A stretch of DNA of 64,000 bases from the NCBI GenBank assembly GCA_963583605.1, contig CAUZVZ010000001.1, positions 3,177 through 67,176 of the forward strand, written 5' to 3'. The notes beneath the pieces were generated by a model. It saw only the letters and a program-made list of their open reading frames with translations. It was not told the origin of the DNA and did no database searches. Source of the stretch: Gemmatimonadales bacterium UBA6960 (GTDB lineage Bacteria > Gemmatimonadota > Gemmatimonadetes > Longimicrobiales > Gaopeijiaceae). Every line of letters starts with the position of its first letter. Within the stretch, counting starts at the first letter, position 1. Shown here in pieces: positions 39,873 to 52,280 of the stretch. Position numbers and translations under genes: made by a program.

Positions 39873-42023
39873 TCACCCGACAACCACCATGGCCCGCACG
39901 ATCACGTCGCCCTCCGCAACCTGGTCGGCTACGTCCATCCCGCTCACGACCTCTCCAAAAACCGTGTATTCGTGATCGAGTTGGAGATTATCCACCAGAT
40001 TGATGAAAATCTGTCCGTCTCCAGTGTCACGCCCTCGCGTGGACGTACCGACCGTCCCCCGCCAGTGAGAAACGAGGCCGATTTCATCCCTCGTGTAGTC
40101 GTAAGCGCCCGTGTACTCGTTGGCACCCGGACTGCCGCCCTGAAGAACGTAGTTGGTCACGACCCGGTGAAACGTGAGGCCGTCGAGGGAGCCGGACGCC
40201 GCGAACCGCTCGAAGCGTGCGGCGTTGATCGGGGCGTGCTCGACCAGAAGTCGGATCTCGATTTCGCCCCCGCGTTCCATCTCCAGAACGACACGCGTCC
40301 CCGCCAACCGCTCGATCTCCGTAACCGACGGAAGGGCTTGTCTTGCGAGAGGAACGGGTTGAGCCACCCGCGTCTCACCCGTCCAATCGGTCAGAATTCC
40401 GGCGACTCGAGCAGCCACGACGGGATCGTAATCACTAAGGTACGACTCCAATTCAGTGGCCTGCTCGACGCCCCCCACCTCATTGATACGCTCGAGAAGC
40501 GCCATGCGGGGGTCCCGGGCTGTCTCTCGTTGTGCCTCCGAAATCCGTACGAACGCAGCGACAAGCGGACCCAGGGCCTCAGACACATTGGTCGTCCCTT
40601 CCAGAAGCTCCGCCACCGTCAAGAGAAGTTGCGGGTCGTCCTGCTCGAGTTGCGCGACGAGCATCCTGTCCGTGCCGTGGCCAGCGAGACCGAAGAGGTC
40701 CTGCACGGCCACCGTACGGACGTTGGGCGACGGATCCGCCGCGAGAGCTTCGAGCACGTCGGTGTTTCCGATCCGGGCCGCTGCCCGCGCGGCATACATT
40801 CGCACGAATGGGTTGGCACTCCGCAACGCGTTGTCCACCAAAGGCGCCGCGACATCGGGAGACACCGTGGCCAGGGCCACCAGGGCGTGCGCGCCTCGGT
40901 GCCAATCCAGCCGGCCGGTATTCTCCAAGCCGAGGGCGAGGCCGCTGAGGAATTCGTCCTGCATCGACCGATCCTCGCAAACCTGTTCTAGGAGATCGAG
41001 GGCGGTGAGAGCGACATGGAGATCATCGTCCCGGGCAGCGCTCAAGAGGAGCGGGCACTCTTGGGTCTCCGAAACCCGCACAGCATAAGCCCTCACGGCT
41101 TCCGCGCGGACCCGTGGGGACGGATCGTCGAGCGCGTCGATCAAGAGTTCTGGAGGTCCCTCCCCTGAGGGGTTCCGCCCGACGACCATGGAGGCCAAAC
41201 GCCGGACGTCGGCATCCGGGTCGTGCATGGCGCCCTCGAGGACGTCCGATCCCAACCCACTGATCGTGGACAAGGCCATCATAGCCACACGGCGGACACG
41301 CGCCGCGTCGCCGAGCCGTAGGGGATCCGCGACGTTGCCGGTCCCGGCGGTGTTGGCCAAACGACCAAGGGCGGCCAACTCGCGAAGTCTCTCGACGGAC
41401 GCCTCCGACATCCTGCCCTGTCCGGCGCGGCGAGCCATCGATTCCAAGCCCATGGCGGCACCCAGGGGGGTCACAAGCGGCGCGTTCGCATTCCCGTCGC
41501 GCGTCAACTCGATCAGCGTTGCTTGGGCGCGCCGAAAGCGATTCGCATCGGCATACCGCAGGCGCCCCAAGGTCCGACCGATCACCCCGCGTACCGCGGG
41601 ACCCTCCTGGCCTTCACGAACCAGGTAGTCGAAAAGCACATCCGCGACATCGTCACCAAACGTTCCCAGCGCCGCCTGCCCTAGCGCGTTGACGGCTTCG
41701 GCACGTACCGCCTCGTCGTCGGAGAAGAGGAGAGGAAACGTCATCGGGATCAGTTCGGGATCCTCCAGGCGGCCGATGGCGCGTACCGCCAGCCGCTGAA
41801 GCTCGGTGGCGGGCGCTATCAGGCCCTGGCGAAGGGATTCGATACCCGTCCCACCCGAGCCGCGAGCGTCCTCCTCGTCGAACATTGCAGCCCACAACAC
41901 CGGATCGATGGCGATGACCGGCGTCGGTTCGATGGACTGCTCGACATCTTGGGAGCAAGCCGTGACTCCAAAAAAAACCGCCAAGATCAGCAGCAGCCCC
42001 TTCGCAGGATCCCTCAACTTCAC
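39873..42023 (-). CDS. HEAT-repeat lipoprotein with C-terminal cyclophilin-type peptidyl-prolyl isomerase
   Basis: Lies in ORF 39873..42128. The C-terminus reads FHRVVTNYVLQGGSPG...WRGTVGTSTRGRDTGDGQIFINL...YTVFGEVV. The N-terminal two thirds are Ala/Leu/Arg-rich HEAT-like repeats. Start set at GTG 42023 after GGAGAGG, giving the lipoprotein signal KLRDPAKGLLLILAVFFGVTAC. The alternative start is ATG 42056. Confidence 0.8.
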   Translation of the reverse strand: MKLRDPAKGLLLILAVFFGVTACSQDVEQSIEPTPVIAIDPVLWAAMFDEEDARGSGGTGIESLRQGLIAPATELQRLAVRAIGRLEDPELIPMTFPLLFSDDEAVRAEAVNALGQAALGTFGDDVADVLFDYLVREGQEGPAVRGVIGRTLGRLRYADANRFRRAQATLIELTRDGNANAPLVTPLGAAMGLESMARRAGQGRMSEASVERLRELAALGRLANTAGTGNVADPLRLGDAARVRRVAMMALSTISGLGSDVLEGAMHDPDADVRRLASMVVGRNPSGEGPPELLIDALDDPSPRVRAEAVRAYAVRVSETQECPLLLSAARDDDLHVALTALDLLEQVCEDRSMQDEFLSGLALGLENTGRLDWHRGAHALVALATVSPDVAAPLVDNALRSANPFVRMYAARAAARIGNTDVLEALAADPSPNVRTVAVQDLFGLAGHGTDRMLVAQLEQDDPQLLLTVAELLEGTTNVSEALGPLVAAFVRISEAQRETARDPRMALLERINEVGGVEQATELESYLSDYDPVVAARVAGILTDWTGETRVAQPVPLARQALPSVTEIERLAGTRVVLEMERGGEIEIRLLVEHAPINAARFERFAASGSLDGLTFHRVVTNYVLQGGSPGANEYTGAYDYTRDEIGLVSHWRGTVGTSTRGRDTGDGQIFINLVDNLQLDHEYTVFGEVVSGMDVADQVAEGDVIVRAMVVVG

Positions 42024-42081
42024 CGCATCACCTCTCCCCCGGGTTGCGCGCCACATAGGCCCACGACCCCACGCCACACGT

Positions 42082-43338
42082 CTACCGGACCTCCGTATCC
42101 ACCCCGGTCTCGCCCTCCGAACGCGCAATAATAGCCGCGCCGCAGGAGTCGCTGAAGATGTTGACCGAGGTCCGGTACATGTCGAGTGGCCGGTCGATGG
42201 CGAGCATCGAGCCGACGATCACGTTCACGTCCGGGCCACGAAGGCCGATCGCCTCGAGCACGATGAAGATCACCACGAGTCCGGCCGAGGGCACTGCCGC
42301 CGCACCGATAGACGCCAGGAGAGCAGTCAACACGACGATCGCTTGTTGCATGATCGTCAAATCGAATCCCAGGGCCTGCGCAATGAAGAGCGCGCCGGCG
42401 CACTCGAAAACCGCAGTACCGTCCATATTGACCGTCGCCCCCATCGGCAAGGTGAAGGACGCGATCCTGTTGGATACGCCCACCTTTTCCTCGACCACTT
42501 TCATGGTGACGGGCAAAGTGGCCCCGGAGGAACTGGTCGAGAAGGCGATCAGTAGCGGCTCACGCATGTTGGCGAAGTGGATACGTGGAGAGATCCGTCC
42601 GAGAACGATCAGCAGGATCGGCAGGGTCACCAGGAAATGGATCGTCACTCCGGACCCGATGGTGAGCACGTACAGCGCGAGTGGCCGGAAGGCGTCAAAG
42701 CCAGTCGTGGCGACCATGCGGGTGATCAACGCGAACACCCCGATCGGGAGGAATTTGATGATGCCCGACGTGAGGTTCATCATCGCGTGGAAGAGCGCGT
42801 CGAAGAACTCGACTAGCGGCTTCCGGGTCTTGTCCGGAAGCGTCGTGAGCGCGGCCCCGAAGACGATGCAAAAGAAGATCAGCGCCAGCATATCGGCGCC
42901 GGCCGCGGCTTGGATGACGTTCTGCGGCACGATGTCCAGAAGAAGTTGGATCGGCGAATCCGGCGTGGATAGCTCGGGAAGCGCCTGCTGGTCCGTACCT
43001 GTCAGGTTGGCCCCCACCCCCGGACGGATGAGGTTGACCATCATCAGCCCGACGAAGGCCGCGAAGAAGCTCGAGAGCACGTAGTAGCCCAGCGTCTTGC
43101 TGAACAAGCGCCCGAGGGCACGGCCGCCGCCCACCGACGCCACACCCGAAATGATCGACGTCAGCACCAGCGGAACGATGATCATCCGGAGCAGCTTCAT
43201 GAACAGGTCGCCGATCCACCCCACGCGGTCGGCCATCGGCTCGCCGAATACACCTCCGACCAAGGCACCGAGGACCATGGCCATCAGCACCTGCCAGTGT
43301 AATCGGCGGTACCAGGGTGCGTCCGGATTGTGCTCCAT
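42082..43338 (-). CDS. Dicarboxylate/amino acid:cation symporter (DAACS family)
   Basis: Lies in ORF 42082..43428. Start set at ATG 43338 (MEHNPDAPWYRRLHWQVL). The family pattern is LLRMIIVPLVLTSIISGVASVGG...SSSGATLPV...VNMDGTA. Confidence 0.85.
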   Translation of the reverse strand: MEHNPDAPWYRRLHWQVLMAMVLGALVGGVFGEPMADRVGWIGDLFMKLLRMIIVPLVLTSIISGVASVGGGRALGRLFSKTLGYYVLSSFFAAFVGLMMVNLIRPGVGANLTGTDQQALPELSTPDSPIQLLLDIVPQNVIQAAAGADMLALIFFCIVFGAALTTLPDKTRKPLVEFFDALFHAMMNLTSGIIKFLPIGVFALITRMVATTGFDAFRPLALYVLTIGSGVTIHFLVTLPILLIVLGRISPRIHFANMREPLLIAFSTSSSGATLPVTMKVVEEKVGVSNRIASFTLPMGATVNMDGTAVFECAGALFIAQALGFDLTIMQQAIVVLTALLASIGAAAVPSAGLVVIFIVLEAIGLRGPDVNVIVGSMLAIDRPLDMYRTSVNIFSDSCGAAIIARSEGETGVDTEVR

Positions 43339-43597
43339 GGGGCCGTCCTGTCCAAGGGCGAGGAGACGCTCACGGCGGGGAGCCGCCAGCCCGAAGATAG
43401 GCGGTCGCCCCGACATCCGCCAAGCCACACCACCACCCCACGCCTCCCCCGCAACCGGACGCGGTCTTTTCCTATCCCTCTCCCCACCTCATGTTGTCCG
43501 GTCGGTCCGAAGGCGTGGGCCGGTTGAAGGTTGGGTGTGAGCACCGCCCGGGTCGGATCGCCGACCGGGACCGATCTCAAAAGGCAAAGGAGCCCCC

Positions 43598-45316
43598 GTG
43601 AGTCCTGCAACCCTAGCCATGCTGGCCGCCCTGCCCATCCTTCTTGGTGGAGTCCTCCTCGTGGGCTTCCGGATCCCAGCCAAGTGGGCCATGCCGATCG
43701 TCTACGTCACGGCGGTCGTCATCGCCCTAGGCGTCTGGAACATGCCCGTCGTGGACGTGGCGGCTTCGACCATTCAGGGGCTCTTTACCACTTTCGACCT
43801 ACTCCTGATCATCTTCGGAGCCATCCTCCTCCTGAACACGCTCGAGCGGTCGGGGGGTGTGACAGCTATACGGAGGAGCTTCCACGACATCAGCGATGAC
43901 CGCCGGGTTCAAGTCGTCATCATCGCCTGGCTGTTTGGATCCTTCATCGAAGGTGCCGCAGGATTCGGGACGCCCGCCGCTGTCGCCGCGCCACTCATGG
44001 TTGCCATGGGTTTCCCGGCGGCGGGCGCGGTGATGTTGGGCATGATGATCCAGAGCACAGCGGTGACGTTCGGTGCGGTGGGGACGCCGATTCTGGTGGG
44101 TGTCAACGGCGGGGTGGTGAGCCCCGAGTTCACGGCCGCGATTGCTGCCGCGGGGGTCACGTTGCCCGAATACGTCCGGGCCGTGGCCGTTAGAGCGGCT
44201 GGCCTGCACGCGATTACCGGCACGATCATGCCCGTCCTGATGGTCGTCATGATGACCCGCTTCTTCGGCGCACGGAAGTCGTGGACCGAAGGGCTATCGA
44301 TCGTGCCGTTTGCGCTGTTCGGTGGTCTCGCCTTCACCGTTCCTTACTTCCTTACGGCATGGCTCATCGGGCCGGAGTTCCCATCGCTTTTGGGAGGCCT
44401 GATCGGGCTCGCGGTCGTGTCCACCGCGGCACGGAGGGGGTTCCTCCTCCCGAAGGACACTTGGGATTTTCCTTCGTCGAACCAATGGCCCTCTGAGTGG
44501 GTGAGTGATCTCGAGGTCGGCTCGAAGGACGAAGGAGAACACCCCGATATGTCGGCCGGAAAGGCGTGGATTCCGTACCTCTTGTTAGCGATTCTCCTGG
44601 TCCTGAGCCGCCTTCGTGAATTCCCCTGGTTCGATGTCCATCCCGAGTTATGGTTTGGAGATATGCTGCGGAGCTTCACCATCGAGTGGGCGGAGATCTT
44701 CGGAACGACGGTGACCGCCTCCACCCAACCCTTCTATCTGCCGGGCACGCTCCTGATCGCGGTCGTGGGGATCACAGCGCTCCTGCACCGCATGAGCGCG
44801 GCCGCCGTCGGGAAGGCGTTCGTCGACTCCACGCGCGTTCTCGTGGGAGCTGGCATCGTACTGGTATTCACGGTGCCCATGGTCCGAGTCTACATCAATT
44901 CGGGTGTGAACAGCTCGGGCCTCGAATCGATGCCGCTCGAAATGGCGGGTTGGGTCGCAGACACCGTAGGGGGCGTCTGGCCTCTCTTCGCGGGCGTAAC
45001 TGGAGCCCTGGGGGCTTTCATCGCCGGCTCGAACACCGTCAGCAACCTCATGTTCTCTGCCTTCCAGCACGGTGTGGCGGCGCGCCTAGCCATGTCGAGC
45101 GCGATGATCGTGGCACTCCAAGCCGTGGGAGCGGCGGCGGGTAACATGATCGCAATCCACAACGTGGTCGCCGCGTCGGCCACCGTGGGGCTGCTGGGAC
45201 GGGAAGGAGCCACGCTGCGGAAGACCATCTTGCCGACGATCTACTATCTGACCGTGATCGGCGTGTTGGGACTCATCGCGGTATACGTACTTCGGATCAC
45301 GGGACCGCTCGGCTAA
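43598..45316 (+). CDS. L-lactate permease (LctP family)
   Basis: 572 aa, multi-TM, with LctP-like blocks ([47 protein letters not shown]). Confidence 0.85.
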   Translation: MSPATLAMLAALPILLGGVLLVGFRIPAKWAMPIVYVTAVVIALGVWNMPVVDVAASTIQGLFTTFDLLLIIFGAILLLNTLERSGGVTAIRRSFHDISDDRRVQVVIIAWLFGSFIEGAAGFGTPAAVAAPLMVAMGFPAAGAVMLGMMIQSTAVTFGAVGTPILVGVNGGVVSPEFTAAIAAAGVTLPEYVRAVAVRAAGLHAITGTIMPVLMVVMMTRFFGARKSWTEGLSIVPFALFGGLAFTVPYFLTAWLIGPEFPSLLGGLIGLAVVSTAARRGFLLPKDTWDFPSSNQWPSEWVSDLEVGSKDEGEHPDMSAGKAWIPYLLLAILLVLSRLREFPWFDVHPELWFGDMLRSFTIEWAEIFGTTVTASTQPFYLPGTLLIAVVGITALLHRMSAAAVGKAFVDSTRVLVGAGIVLVFTVPMVRVYINSGVNSSGLESMPLEMAGWVADTVGGVWPLFAGVTGALGAFIAGSNTVSNLMFSAFQHGVAARLAMSSAMIVALQAVGAAAGNMIAIHNVVAASATVGLLGREGATLRKTILPTIYYLTVIGVLGLIAVYVLRITGPLG

Positions 45317-45413
45317 GGTATGCCTGGCAAGAGCCGGGCCGGCCGGGCCGGGGTCGTGGGGTGAGCGACGACCGAGTCCAGACGCCGTTTGAAGGCGACC
45401 CGGGCGCTAGGCG

Positions 45414-46001
45414 TTAGTCAGCCCGTCCACTCCCGGCATAAGGAAGCCCCGGCGCACCGATTCTCGAACGAATCTCCGCCTCCGCCGAGAACGGGTATCC
45501 ACTCGACTCCTCGAATCGTCCTTGGAGGTCGAAGGCGACACTTTCGAGCGGAATGGACATGTAGTTGAAGCGGTTCTGTATGAAGGGCTCCACGTACCGG
45601 CGGGCGAACTCGTGGATTCCGAGCACATCATACTGGACCACATGGACCATCTCGTGGAAGACGACCGAATGGGACGGCGGCCCTGGTACCTGCTCGCCGT
45701 TCACGAGAATGACGTCCCCGAACGTGATGGCGGCCCAGACCTTGAAGTCTAAGGGAAACGACTCTCCGGCCTCTTCGAACTCCCTGTAGAAGGGAGGATT
45801 GTCGATGCTGGCGACGTGCCTGATCCTCGCCCGATCCAGCGTCTCCTGCTCGAAGAAGCCACCGAGGGCGGCCACGGTCGTGTCAGGGAGGGGGTCCGCA
45901 TGCACCCGGTGCTGGGCACGCTGACTCTCGATCCAGTGCCCGGCGTTCTCCGCCAGGTACGAGACCAACTGCTGCATGTTAAGGCGCTTGGGGTCCGTCA
46001 C
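45414..46001 (-). CDS. Hypothetical protein with HExxH zinc-metallopeptidase-like motif
   Basis: 195 aa with the motif VVFHEMVHVVQY. Its start lies 9 nt downstream of the gyrB stop. Confidence 0.5.
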   Translation of the reverse strand: MTDPKRLNMQQLVSYLAENAGHWIESQRAQHRVHADPLPDTTVAALGGFFEQETLDRARIRHVASIDNPPFYREFEEAGESFPLDFKVWAAITFGDVILVNGEQVPGPPSHSVVFHEMVHVVQYDVLGIHEFARRYVEPFIQNRFNYMSIPLESVAFDLQGRFEESSGYPFSAEAEIRSRIGAPGLPYAGSGRAD

Positions 46002-46010
46002 CGGGATATC

Positions 46011-47966
<1,956 letters not shown>

Positions 47967-48016
47967 TTACAGCACACTCCTTTATGGGTCAGGACTGAGA
48001 ACCATCCCGCGGGTGG

Positions 48017-48331
48017 TTACGATCCATCTCCCTCCATCAGCGTCAGGACGATCCGATCGATCGTCCACTCCCCTCCCAACTCAGCATTGACCCGTTCCAA
48101 CAGAGCCTCCTTCATGAGGCTCAATTCCATGAGCCAGGCACTGCTCCGCACTTCAACGAACAGCGTCGACGCTGCCACCGTTCTCGCGTTCGTCACTTCG
48201 GCAATTTTCTCCCCCACCGCACCCGACCAGATGTCGAGCGCACCAATCCTTTGGATCTGCGCACCGACGCCGCGCTTCGCCAAAACGCCATCGAGGAGAT
48301 CCCCCACCCGCGTCGGACCGGCCCTGTTCAC
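48017..48331 (-). CDS. DUF721 (DciA-like) protein
   Basis: Lies in ORF 48017..48361. Start set at GTG 48331, in a GTGA overlap with the recF stop. It occupies the typical recF-DUF721-gyrB position. Contains LFVEVRSSAWLMELSLMKEALLERVN. Confidence 0.7.
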   Translation of the reverse strand: MNRAGPTRVGDLLDGVLAKRGVGAQIQRIGALDIWSGAVGEKIAEVTNARTVAASTLFVEVRSSAWLMELSLMKEALLERVNAELGGEWTIDRIVLTLMEGDGS

Positions 48332-49452
48332 GCGCAGATCCGTCCATCGTTGATGCCCCATCGAGGAAGCACGTCGCCCCGGAGGGGGACGTCGCTCTCC
48401 TTGGGCGCAGTGAGGATGACCTGACCGAAGCGGCCTCGCCCCATCAGCCCAAGAACCCTCTCTCTCCTACCGTCGTCCAACTCAGCGAACGCGTCGTCGA
48501 GAAGGAGAACCGGAGCACTATCCCTCGCCTTGCGGATCGCATCACCCTCTACCAACCGGAGAGCGAGCGCGACGGTCCGGCGTTGCCCTCCAGAGCCGAA
48601 CTCCCTCACTTCTATCTCACTCTCGCCGTCGACGAGCGCGAGCAGGAGTTCGTCCCGATGCGGTCCGGCACTCGTACTTCTGCGCCGAAGATCGACGGCC
48701 CAGCGAGCGTCCAGAGCGTCTCGGCACACCCGGTAGATGCCATCCTCATGCCAGTCCTCCAGGGAGACCTTGGGCATGTACGTCATCGTCGCCGAGTCCA
48801 CCCCACTCACCTCCTCGTAGTACCCGCGGAACGCGTCCCGCCATTCGGCGACCCATCGGTGCCGAGCCCCCATCACGGTCGCCGCGCTCCTGGCGAGGGG
48901 CTCATCCCACGCCCGCACTACCGCCACGGGCTGATCCGTGCGAAGGGCCGCGTTCCGCTGCGCCAGCGCGTGCCGGAAGGCCTGAAGAGCCACCAGGTAT
49001 CCTGGATGGTTCAGCGAAAGGGCCACGTCCAAGAATCGGCGACGACGGAACGGTCCCTCGTTCACGATGCCGACATCGGCCGGCGAAAAGATCACGGCAC
49101 CCAGCCTCCCGATCGCATCCCCGATGCGCTCCGGCTCCGCACCGTCGATCGTCACCTTACGACGACGACTCGATCCCTCATACGCCGCAGCGACCTCAGT
49201 CCCAGAGCCCTCCGGGTCGCCTGTGGTAACCACTCGACCAGCCACCCGGAAGACATCCTCCCCAAATGCGATGAGGTGCTCCATACGAGCGCCCCGAAAC
49301 GAACGGAAGGTCTCCAGATAGTAGATAGCCTCAAGCAGATTCGACTTCCCTTGAGCGTTCGAGCCGATGACCGCCACGCCCCCTGGAGGGAAGGAAAGCT
49401 CCTGGTCACCGAGGTTGCGAAAACGCCGAATTTTCAGCACGCTCAGGTGCAA
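48328..49452 (-). CDS. recF: DNA replication and repair protein RecF
   Basis: 374 aa with Walker A GSNAQGKSNLLEAIYYL, the signature FGSGGQRRTVALALRL and Walker B LLLDDAFAELD. Confidence 0.93.
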   Translation of the reverse strand: MHLSVLKIRRFRNLGDQELSFPPGGVAVIGSNAQGKSNLLEAIYYLETFRSFRGARMEHLIAFGEDVFRVAGRVVTTGDPEGSGTEVAAAYEGSSRRRKVTIDGAEPERIGDAIGRLGAVIFSPADVGIVNEGPFRRRRFLDVALSLNHPGYLVALQAFRHALAQRNAALRTDQPVAVVRAWDEPLARSAATVMGARHRWVAEWRDAFRGYYEEVSGVDSATMTYMPKVSLEDWHEDGIYRVCRDALDARWAVDLRRRSTSAGPHRDELLLALVDGESEIEVREFGSGGQRRTVALALRLVEGDAIRKARDSAPVLLLDDAFAELDDGRRERVLGLMGRGRFGQVILTAPKESDVPLRGDVLPRWGINDGRICA

Positions 49453-49535
49453 GGAAGCGATGCCAGGAAAAGTCTTGAAATCATGGGGAAATTTAACGGT
49501 GCGAGGGCCCTACAACCACCCGTCTCCAGCCCGGG

Positions 49536-50360
49536 TTATTCGCCCTTGAACGCCGCCTTGCGCTTCTCGAGAAAGGCCGTCATTCCCTCTTTCATGTCGG
49601 CCGTGGAAGCGAGCAATCCGAACAGTGCGGATTCGAAGCTCGCGGCGTCGGCGGGGGCTGAATTTTGCGCCAAGTAAATGGACTCCAACGCCATCCGAAC
49701 AGCGACCGGGCCGTTCTTCGTAATCCCGCGCATAAACGTCTTCGCCTGATCGAGAAGCGCCGCTTGGGGATAGACGGCGCTCACCAGTCCGATCCGCTCA
49801 GCCCTCTCTGCGTCGACCATGGCGCCGGTCAGGATCATCTCCACGGCGAGACCGAACCCAACGACCCTGGCGAGCCTCATCGTTCCGCCGTACCCGGGTA
49901 TGGTGCCGAGCCCCACCTCAGGAAGCCCAAAGCGGGCATTTTCGCTGGCGACTCGGAGGTGGCACGCGAGAGCCAGCTCGCATCCGCCACCCAAGGCGTA
50001 CCCTCCGATTGCGGCCAGTACAGGCTTCGGAAAACGCTCAATATCGGTAAAAATTCGCTGCCCCTCTCGGCTGACCGTCATCCCGGTGAGCGGTGTCAAC
50101 TGAGCGAGCTCGCCAATGTCCGCCCCGGCGACAAAGGCCTTCTCACCCGCCCCAGTCAGGATCACTCCCAGGACGTCGTCGTCGTCCTTGAGATCGCGGA
50201 AGACGTCCCCCAGCTCGCGAACCACCTCAGCATTCAGGGCGTTGAGCTTCTCGGCCCGGTCGATCACGACCATCGCCAACTCCCCGTCCCACTCCACTCG
50301 AATGTACTGAAAATCACTCATCGCTAGCTCAGCCAGATCCATGGTGGGAAGGCGCCCCAA
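49536..50360 (-). CDS. Enoyl-CoA hydratase/isomerase (crotonase) family
   Basis: 274 aa with VIDRAEKLNALN, FVAGADI and GGGCELALACH. The true start may be an internal ATG (MSDFQYIRVE). Confidence 0.85.
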   Translation of the reverse strand: MGRLPTMDLAELAMSDFQYIRVEWDGELAMVVIDRAEKLNALNAEVVRELGDVFRDLKDDDDVLGVILTGAGEKAFVAGADIGELAQLTPLTGMTVSREGQRIFTDIERFPKPVLAAIGGYALGGGCELALACHLRVASENARFGLPEVGLGTIPGYGGTMRLARVVGFGLAVEMILTGAMVDAERAERIGLVSAVYPQAALLDQAKTFMRGITKNGPVAVRMALESIYLAQNSAPADAASFESALFGLLASTADMKEGMTAFLEKRKAAFKGE

Positions 50361-50504
50361 TGGGGGCCATCAAGCAAAAGCTAGGAGGGCCGTTCGGGAG
50401 GCGCCACCCGCCCATAGCGCCCGCTCGGAGCCCTTGGTACCTTGTGGCGCCCCACAGCCGAAATGGCGCGCGACCCTATAGCGATCTCCAAGGAGTGCAC
50501 GATA

Positions 50505-50936
50505 ATGAGCCGGTCCCTCAACAAGGTCATGCTCATCGGAAACGTGGGGAGCGACCCGGACGTCCGAGCCACCTCTTCGGGTGGCCAAGTGGCGAAGGTG
50601 TCCCTGGCCACGAGCCGCCAGTGGAAAGACAGCTCAGGACAACAGAAGGAGAAGACCGAGTGGCACCGTCTGACTTTCTTCGGCCGCCTCGTCGATATCG
50701 TCGACCAATGGGTCAAGAAGGGTGACCGACTCTACGTCGAAGGGCGTGTCGAGCATTCAGAAACAGAAAAGGACGGTCAGAAGAGATACTGGACCGACAT
50801 CGTCGTGAACGAGATGGTCATGCTCGGATCCACCCCCGATGGAGGTAGAGGTGGCCGGGGCAGCAACGATCAGGACGAGCCCAGCTCTCCGCCGCCGGCA
50901 CCGATCTCCGACCCGGACGACGACCTGCCGTTCTAG
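50505..50936 (+). CDS. ssb: Single-stranded DNA-binding protein
   Basis: Lies in ORF 50442..50936. Start set at ATG 50505 after AAGGAG. Contains LNKVMLIGNVGSDPDVR...TEWHRLTFFGRL, a Gly-rich tail and a C-terminal DDDLPF. Confidence 0.93.
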   Translation: MSRSLNKVMLIGNVGSDPDVRATSSGGQVAKVSLATSRQWKDSSGQQKEKTEWHRLTFFGRLVDIVDQWVKKGDRLYVEGRVEHSETEKDGQKRYWTDIVVNEMVMLGSTPDGGRGGRGSNDQDEPSSPPPAPISDPDDDLPF

Positions 50937-50973
50937 AAGGGCGACCCGCCCCCCTTTCTGAGCACCCTTCTGA

Positions 50974-51318
50974 CTAGGTCGCCTCGTCCAGTTCGCTTTC
51001 CCAAAGACCGATCAGTTGATCGTCGTACCGGGCTGGATCCCGCTCATACTCATCGGCCCATTGTTCGAACAGTGGAAGCGTGAGGCGTTGGGAGACACCC
51101 TCAGTTGCCAGTCGCACCATCTGTTCGTAGGAGGGCTCACTTTCCCGGCCGTAGGCACGAAGTGCTTCTTGAGCAAGTACGTAGATCTCGTCTGGCGAAA
51201 GCCTAAGTAGGTGCTCAGCGACTTGAGAGGAACAGTAGTCCAGATACTTCGCGCGGAGAACGCGTTTCGCCAATTCACCGTCGCCCTCTCGGGGATTTTT
51301 TGGCGGGGCGTCGCTCAT
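50974..51318 (-). CDS. Hypothetical protein, stand-alone 'Y module'
   Basis: Lies in ORF 50974..51372. Start set at ATG 51318 after GGAGG. Contains LRAKYLDYCSSQVAEHLLRLSPDE and LTLPLFEQWADEYERDPARY. Both blocks are shared with 52281..52597 and with the C-terminal half of 53823..54530. Confidence 0.5.
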   Translation of the reverse strand: MSDAPPKNPREGDGELAKRVLRAKYLDYCSSQVAEHLLRLSPDEIYVLAQEALRAYGRESEPSYEQMVRLATEGVSQRLTLPLFEQWADEYERDPARYDDQLIGLWESELDEAT

Positions 51319-51425
51319 GTCCTCCCTCCCGGCACTGCAAGGCGCGCACGCCGGCCTTCGGCGTGCAAGCACGTGCCCTACTTGCCCTTAGTTCTTATTG
51401 AGGTGCACCGGGAGAGTCAAGCCCT

Positions 51426-51611
51426 TTATGTGGCGCGTTCGGCGGGTAGGCCGTCGGAGGGTTGGTCCAGGCTGCGCTCACGCAGCTCGTGATAAATCGA
51501 TCGGCGAGTGAGACCATAGAGCACGACCCGGCTCAAAAACTCCGGGTCGACCTTCTGCACCTCTTCGGCCTGCTCTGCTATGTCGTGGGGAAGTTGGACG
51601 GAAATCTGCAT
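51426..51611 (-). CDS. Small ribbon-helix-helix-like protein
   Basis: Start at ATG 51611. MQISVQLPHDIAEQAEEV...FLSRVVLYGLTRRSIYHEL fits a beta-strand/helix/helix (CopG/Arc-like) pattern. It lies 54 nt upstream of the Y-module gene. The fold call was made by eye. Confidence 0.5.
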   Translation of the reverse strand: MQISVQLPHDIAEQAEEVQKVDPEFLSRVVLYGLTRRSIYHELRERSLDQPSDGLPAERAT

Positions 51612-52007
51612 AGATCGAGTCTCCCACATGGGCGCACTTCCCCTAAGGTTTTAGGTTGCTCGAAAACTCACGAAATTATCCGATAGCATCTACTGAGGCA
51701 TCGTGAATTTCGAAAGTGCCAAGGAAAAGCAACAGCGTCGAGGCGAAAGCATAGTACACGTGATTTCCGACCGACGCAACCCTGTTGTTAGAAATGTCGT
51801 GCGCCCAACGAAATTTTGTAAGATGTTGCACAACAACTACTTATGAATTAGGTAGTCGGCCCTAAATCATTTGTTCCTCGACCCCCAGGGAGTTGCATGT
51901 TTTGCGTTTTCGGAGGAGGGAAATTCAACTATGATGGGAACTTACGAGAACCAATTCCGCGAAACTTGATCTGTAGGCCGATCGAGTTTTTTGCAAAAAA
52001 ACTCAGT

Positions 52008-52280
52008 TTACGGAACCGCCGAGCGCAGAAGTGCGCTCATGGTAGGCACAGTGAACGAACTGAAGCGATCACGAAGGTCTTGGAGGTCATCCTCGCAGAA
52101 GATCTCGCCGGTGCGGAATTGGCCTTCCTCTCGATCGCGCTGGGACCGAATGACCCCCCGCCACCTATCGTCGCCCCGGTACACCTCCAGCGTTCCTTGC
52201 CACGGCTCCGCCTCGTGTTCGATTCGCCGGACGTCAACCGCGACCGGCTCCATCGGCTCAGCCAGAGGCGAGCGCTCCAC
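52008..52280 (-). CDS. Hypothetical protein, stand-alone 'X module'
   Basis: 90 aa with a GTG start. WQGTLEVYRGDDRWRGVIRSQ...FRTGEIFCEDDLQDLRDRF...MSALLRSAV parallels the N-terminal half of 53823..54530. Confidence 0.45.
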   Translation of the reverse strand: MERSPLAEPMEPVAVDVRRIEHEAEPWQGTLEVYRGDDRWRGVIRSQRDREEGQFRTGEIFCEDDLQDLRDRFSSFTVPTMSALLRSAVP

